A stretch of DNA of 64,000 nt from Oculina patagonica (taxonomy: Eukaryota). The stretch covers positions 10,664,001 through 10,728,000 of the forward strand of contig NC_135770.1 in NCBI RefSeq assembly GCF_052425735.1, in the 5' to 3' direction. The notes under the pieces were generated by a model. The model ran no database searches, was not told where the DNA came from, and saw only the letters and a list, made by a program, of their open reading frames with translations. Below are positions 58,601-64,000 of the stretch, piece by piece (position 1 is the first letter of the stretch; the number at the start of each line of letters is the position of its first letter). The position numbers and the translations under genes are program-made.

Positions 58601-59744
58601 TTTTAGGCGGGGCTTCAAAGCTCTCGATTTCAGTCCCTTTGTCTAAGATGCAGTTGTAAAAGCTTTTATTGTTAATTATCTCATGCAGTTTCCCACGATT
58701 TAAGTATCTAACACCGTCTAATGTTTCTTAAAGATTTAGTCATGGCGAAATTTAAAACGAAACCTGTCCTCCGATAGTGTTTCACTCGCTTTGTTTGTGG
58801 CAAAAGTCACACTTCTCATGCACCATTTACGACGATTTTCTCACCGGTAGCCTCAGAATTGCCCCAAGGCAACCTGCAACACCATTTGAATTTTTATGAA
58901 AAAGAGCACAGAAACTCGCAATTAGAACTCAGACTTAATAACCCGGGTTAAAGAGTGTATCTAATTTGCCATGCTTTCCAGGACATTTAGAGCAATTTGG
59001 TCCAGTCTTGGAACCTCGCAATCGAGAATAAATGGGTCTAATCAGAAACGATGAAATCATTAAAACAGTAATCAGTGGCTATTAGTATCCAAATGCACGA
59101 AGAGATTCCAATTTTATTTCAGTAAAGTAGAGTGATATGAAGTGACAAATTACACAGGTCAAGAGGAAAGCGATAAATAAAAATTTAAAATGTAAATTGC
59201 TAGAGATAGTGATATATTTGTTGCATTAAAGTTGTTCGTCAGTCTAGAGGTAGATTTTCAATGCTATCTTTCATGTAGATGATTGTGTATCCGTCCTTGA
59301 CCCTTGCTTTGAAGTGAGACTCACTCGCTGAAAGGCGGTTATGTTCTGCGGGAAGACGACAAGAAAAGCTGTCAATAAGTAAATAGACACCCGTCATTTA
59401 TGTTCTCAAATAACACATGGCCATTTGTCGCCTGTTGGCAAAGATGAATTCCTAACGCGACACGGTAATTTTAGTTTATTGAACAAAAAAGGTGAAAATC
59501 GAATAAATCATTTTGAAAATGTTATAGCTAGGTTTTCCTTCTCTGACAATTTAACCACCTGCTGTCATTGTGGAAGATAAAAGAGTAAATTATCTCAATT
59601 GTGTCGTCATAGGTTCCCCGTGGTCCAATTTCACATAGAAATCAGTTTGGAGCCAGAAATAATGGAGATAGAAATTCAAGGTTTTAAACCTCAGACACAG
59701 CAGTCACGGAACCCTGCCCTGCCCCTGAATGTTGCGCCGTTCAG

Positions 59745-61088
59745 ATGACCAGGCTTTTCCATTCGGTCGTTTTTGCTCAGTTCCTTACAGCATTGGTTCT
59801 TATGTTTGCACAATTTTATTTGTTATCATTGCAAGACCGGCGGGGACCTATACCTGTTCGAACAAGGCGGGTTCGTGTATTGAACCTTTCATATGGGCGT
59901 GGAACACAAGGAAAGGAGGAACAATTGCATAACGAGGTGACAAAATCCCATGTACAGACTTCACGGCGTTTATACTTGACTTATCAACCTCCGGATGGCG
60001 GGTGGAATAATCACCGTATTGCCCTTGAAAATGCACTTATCATGGCCAAGTTGCTGAACAGAACATTAATCGTGCACCCAGTGGCGTCGCACGACATGGC
60101 GATTTCCTTGAGGCGGAAAAATCTTGCACAGTGGAGAAACTTGGAGAAACGATGGGGAATTAACTGGGTATACAACTGTTTGGCCGAGCGAGATCTGGTA
60201 CCTGTATCGCAGGTTCTCGATCTTAAGCGCATGCGTAATACAGTAGACGTTTACGAAGTAAAAACGACTCACAAACAGTTTTTAGAGGAATTTTCGAATT
60301 TGAAATGGCTTCGTGTTTGTCATTCTGATGCGTTAGGTTTTTGGGTTGATGATATTCCCGCGGGAAACGAGAGTTTACCCCGAGATATTGACTTTGTTCC
60401 CAATAACAGTTCGAGGAGTGTTCGGGCGTGCCCGCGCGAGGTAAAAAGACATACGCACGCGCACAAACCCGTGATTCGAAGAATTTTCAGCGAGCTTCAA
60501 AATGTAAAAGCCGATATTATCTACTTGTCCCAAGACACTGGCTACAAGGCAAATGTCCGGTTTTTCAACCGAGAGCACGCTCTCTTAGCGCAGCAGTGGA
60601 TTCTTAACAACATGAGGTTTTCGCCTCATGTCTACGAAAAGGCGTTTCAGATTTTATCTATACTTCCACGCCCCTTCAACGCCATACACGTTAGAAGAAC
60701 TGACCACAAGATAAGCTCAAGCATGGCGCCATCTCATTGGCTTCAGAACATGGCACGCAAAAATTTCCGAAAAGTTTCCACGGCTCTTTATGTCGCTACA
60801 GATGAACCAGATAAAGGTTGGTTCGAGCCTTTCTACCATGCGGGCTACCAGCTGTATTTCTCAGACGAGTTTTTTCAACCGTCTGGACGTTCGTTTGATA
60901 TGGACATCAAAGGACTGCACGATCAAGTGATTTGTATACACGCCAAGTTGTTCGTGGGTTCAAAGAGCTCGAGTTTCAGTGGTTTTATATACCGCTCAAG
61001 GGGTGAAGTTATGAAGAGAGACGGTTTAATTTTAAGTCATATGCCTGTTGGATGGTTAGAACATAAGCTGAAGCGAGAAACTGACTGA
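59745..61088 (+). CDS. O-fucosyltransferase-family (POFUT-like, GT-B fold) type II membrane protein, 447 aa, single coding exon
   Basis: N-terminal TM helix; GGWNNHRIALENALIMAKLLNRTLIV, FNAIHVRRTD, LYVATDE, DQVICIHAKLFVGSKSSSFS GDP-fucose-binding motifs. Confidence 0.88.
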   Translation: MTRLFHSVVFAQFLTALVLMFAQFYLLSLQDRRGPIPVRTRRVRVLNLSYGRGTQGKEEQLHNEVTKSHVQTSRRLYLTYQPPDGGWNNHRIALENALIMAKLLNRTLIVHPVASHDMAISLRRKNLAQWRNLEKRWGINWVYNCLAERDLVPVSQVLDLKRMRNTVDVYEVKTTHKQFLEEFSNLKWLRVCHSDALGFWVDDIPAGNESLPRDIDFVPNNSSRSVRACPREVKRHTHAHKPVIRRIFSELQNVKADIIYLSQDTGYKANVRFFNREHALLAQQWILNNMRFSPHVYEKAFQILSILPRPFNAIHVRRTDHKISSSMAPSHWLQNMARKNFRKVSTALYVATDEPDKGWFEPFYHAGYQLYFSDEFFQPSGRSFDMDIKGLHDQVICIHAKLFVGSKSSSFSGFIYRSRGEVMKRDGLILSHMPVGWLEHKLKRETD

Positions 61089-61924
61089 AGATTTCAGTGG
61101 TGGAGGGGGGGGGGGGGAGGGGCGGCAGGGAAGCCCATGATAATCTCTTACAAGGTTTTATGGGAAGGGGATTGTCTATTGTAGATCACATTCATAATAT
61201 TTCAAAAGTTTACCATTTTTCTCGTTAAATCACGCAAGACGGCCACATATTGGAAATTTGCAGCAAACTAACAACTCGATTCCCATTTCACAAATAATTC
61301 CTTTGGTAAATGCAGTAAATTATGTAGATACATCATGTACTGTGGTAAATGTTGTAATTCTACTGGTCCTTTAAATATAGCAGTTGATACTGTTTTGGGA
61401 GCTAGAAGCATTTTCCTGTTGTTTGTTCTATTGTTCTCTCAAAAGGTAGCGAGCCATTTATGTGCGACTTTGCGATGGCTGCTATTCGACCCAAAATCAA
61501 AAGCTCGTTGAACAAACTCGTGGATTACAAAAACAAATGACGAGAATAGTTAGCGTATTAGGCCACCCAGTCAAATTATAGCAAATCAAGAGCATGATGA
61601 AACCTTTCTGTAACCCGGGGGGGGGGGGGGGGTCGATATTTTGGTCAATTTTTTCTCGATATTTGCCGCTGGCTTTCAGGACCACTACATCAATACTCTA
61701 TTCTGTGGCCAATTATAAACCTGATCTTAGTCACTTTTTGGCAAATGTCAATTTCGTGATGCCAACTTACTCACGTTCTGTTTATAAACCCTTTTAACTT
61801 GCACTACATCATTAAGTCATGATCAACCGTTCGCCGTAAGCCTGGGTAAGCCGAGTCTTGAATGGATAACTGAAAAGGTTGTTTAACAACTTTCTTTCCT
61901 GACCTTGAACAATGAGGTAAATTC

Positions 61925-62075
61925 CGGTAGGTAAAGTCTGCGTTAGAGCCTCGTGGCCCGTCGGGCCAAGCTTATCCCGGTTTCAGTAGCATAAAACCGA
62001 CTAGGACTATTTCTACTCCCCCCTGGATGGGATGCTGAGTTACCCCCAGCAGTAAATTCGCCAGTACCCATTTAC
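61925..62075 (-). mobile_element. SINE family B, 3' half
   Basis: Reverse complement matches 6557-6710. Confidence 0.72.
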
Positions 62076-62276
62076 GTATATCATATATTATTATTCAACA
62101 GATGCGCGCGCTGCCCATATATGGTCAAAATGTTAACGTTATCTGTCATCCGTACATAACAGATATCCTGCGATATACGTAGGTTGCGAAGATTCGTCCG
62201 AAATCTTGTAAAGCGCTGCATAATTACAGTTTTTCTATCTACGAAGTATGTTTGGTTGACAATTTGTTGAATAATA

Positions 62277-62392
62277 AAACAATTATCCTGCTCAATCTTG
62301 CGGAATATCGTCTGATTTTAGCCAACTCGGCCTACGGCCTCGTCGGCTAAGTACCAGGCGATATTCCGCGCGATTTCGCAGGATAATTGTTT
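62277..62392. repeat. 116-bp imperfect hairpin with GGCC-TAC-GGCC apex
   Basis: AAACAATTATCCTGC...GCAGGATAATTGTTT outer arms with pairing continuing to the apex. Confidence 0.8.
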
Positions 62393-62587
62393 AATATGCC
62401 TGGTTTTTTTTGTTTCTTTCAACTTTGCCACACAGAATGGATACACATACAAGAAGCAAAAACAAAACAAGTTCGTTATTGAGCTGTTTTCAACTTAAAG
62501 AATAAACATTATACCATAACTGAGAAATTCTCGCGCGCTTATTCGTAAGACTAGGAAAATGACGTGACCTGTAATGCAACGCAAGGT

Positions 62588-62589
<2 letters not shown>

Positions 62590-62628
<39 letters not shown>

Positions 62629-63060
62629 CACGAAGAGCTTAGGAGCCGTAGCTCGTTAAAACGCTCTCGTGAAATGAAAAAGGTTTAAAAATTACAAATA
62701 AAAGACGGTTAAAAAGGTAAAAAGTGTATATGTACAAAATTGTGATTATGACATGAATAAATAGAAATCTATATAAATATAATTCTAGTTAAAAGGTAAT
62801 TACAATTTCAATTAAAAAGGTATCTAAAATTACAATAAAAAGTTCATTAAAAAATTACAACTTTAATTAAAAATGAAGCTAAAATTACAGTAAAAAGGTC
62901 TTTGAAAATTACAGTCAACAGAAAGAGCAACTGCAGCTTTCTTCTATAGGTAATTTGGATTGGGACAGTAATTTCTTAAAAGAGGTGACATCTTCGGCCT
63001 GGCGGACTTCAATAGGTAAACCATTCCAAATGCGTCTAATCGAATTGCTAATTGACCATC
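62590..63060 (-). mobile_element. 3' end of a CR1/L2-type LINE with a ~36-nt poly(A) tail
   Basis: RIWNGLPIEVRQAEDVTSFKKLL..CSCSFC*, AT-rich 3' UTR, poly(T) on the + strand at 62590-62625. Confidence 0.78.
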
Positions 63061-63273
63061 TGGGACAAAATTTCGCAAAACTTGAGATATTGACGTGACT
63101 TTTCCAAAAGACATAATCAAGCGAGCTGTAAAAAGGCAGCTGGACCATCTGGGACGAAATTTCCACACAACCCATTCGTCGCCATAAGATGAAAAAAATG
63201 CCTAACGGCTCGTGTTCCACTTGAGTTTTGAACATTTTAAGACGTCGTAATTTCTATGTTCTATAAAAGTGAA

Positions 63274-63538
63274 GGTAAAAAAGGTTAAATCCGCTTTCTA
63301 GCCAAATGACCTATCAGGCTGGAGTTCATTTCGCTTTCAGTAGCATGAAGCGACTGAGGAGTATTTCTCCCCCCCCCCCCCCCCCCCCTCTCCCCGATGG
63401 GATGCTAGTCCATCACAGGGTTACTCCCAGCATTAAATGTTTTGCCTAAGAACACGATACAATGACCCCGGCCAGGGCTCGAAGCCGGATCGCTCGATTC
63501 GGAGTCCAGCGCACTCACCATTGGGCCACCGCGCCTCC
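63274..63538 (-). mobile_element. tRNA-derived SINE, family B, with internal deletion
   Basis: Head GGAGGCGCGGTGGCCCAATGG..GCTTCGAGCCC; body and tail shared with the other family B copies. Confidence 0.75.
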
Positions 63539-64000
63539 AGTATTAGAGTGTAGACCATGGAAAAATGCGATCAATTTCTTCAGTGGCGTGCAAAATACGG
63601 CTCGCAGGCTCGCACTATAGTTACTTTTGACAAACTAATTGGTACACGTTTTAAAGTCAGTGGTACAAATTCGTGATTAGCTCGATCATTCTATTGAATT
63701 AATTAGCTCAATAGGCATTTTATTGTTGTTTTTTTAATGGCTCTTAAATACCTACCAATACAAATATTGAAGTACAAATTTATATGGTATATTTAGTAAC
63801 ATGGGAGAACATTGTTATGTGTACGCAAACTGTGTCTTTACTACTTACAATGAGTCAGTGTAAAAGAGATACATTGATATAATACTAACAATACAAATTA
63901 CAAACAACTCAACATCGCCACGTAAAGCCCTACAAGAAAAAAGGGATAAAAGCTCCGATATATATTGACCTAGCGTGCGTTGCAGACGTGTTATGCGACG

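Noticed and set aside
29615-61088. Idea that AP4S1, the candidate autophagy adaptor and the two glycosyltransferases form a functional cluster
   Set aside because: Neighbourhood alone is weak evidence in an animal genome; it would need conserved synteny and co-expression, which cannot be seen here.

Overview
AT-rich animal genomic DNA with spliceosomal introns and two assembly gaps (20011-20638, 31923-32093). The SINE/MITE repertoire and gene content suggest a cnidarian, probably a stony coral (inference). Seven host genes can be built by hand: (1) a large minus-strand secreted mosaic protein (signal peptide-CAP-mucin-CAP-mucin-SEA-like-TSP1-CUB-CUB-SEA-like, running off the left edge) carrying a Penelope-like retroelement in an intron; (2) PGAP4/TMEM246; (3) AP4S1, with a GC-AG intron, a 12-nt microexon and a U12-type intron; (4) a small RIIa/Dpy-30-type docking-domain gene head-to-head with AP4S1; (5) an unannotated 467-aa low-complexity protein; (6) a PRSS23/35-like serine protease; (7) an O-fucosyltransferase-family gene. 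The rest is SINEs, LINE fragments, MITEs, a Crypton relic and microsatellites. The best novelty candidate is gene 5 (45972-47375). It carries two copies of the ATG16L1-type ATG5-binding helix pattern plus three acidic LIR-like motifs, one nearly identical to the extended FYCO1 LIR, suggesting an undescribed ATG5/ATG8-bridging autophagy adaptor. Second is the Penelope-like element, whose reading frame stops before any C-terminal endonuclease yet is flanked by a 17-bp target-site duplication. All calls are by eye; no database searches were run.
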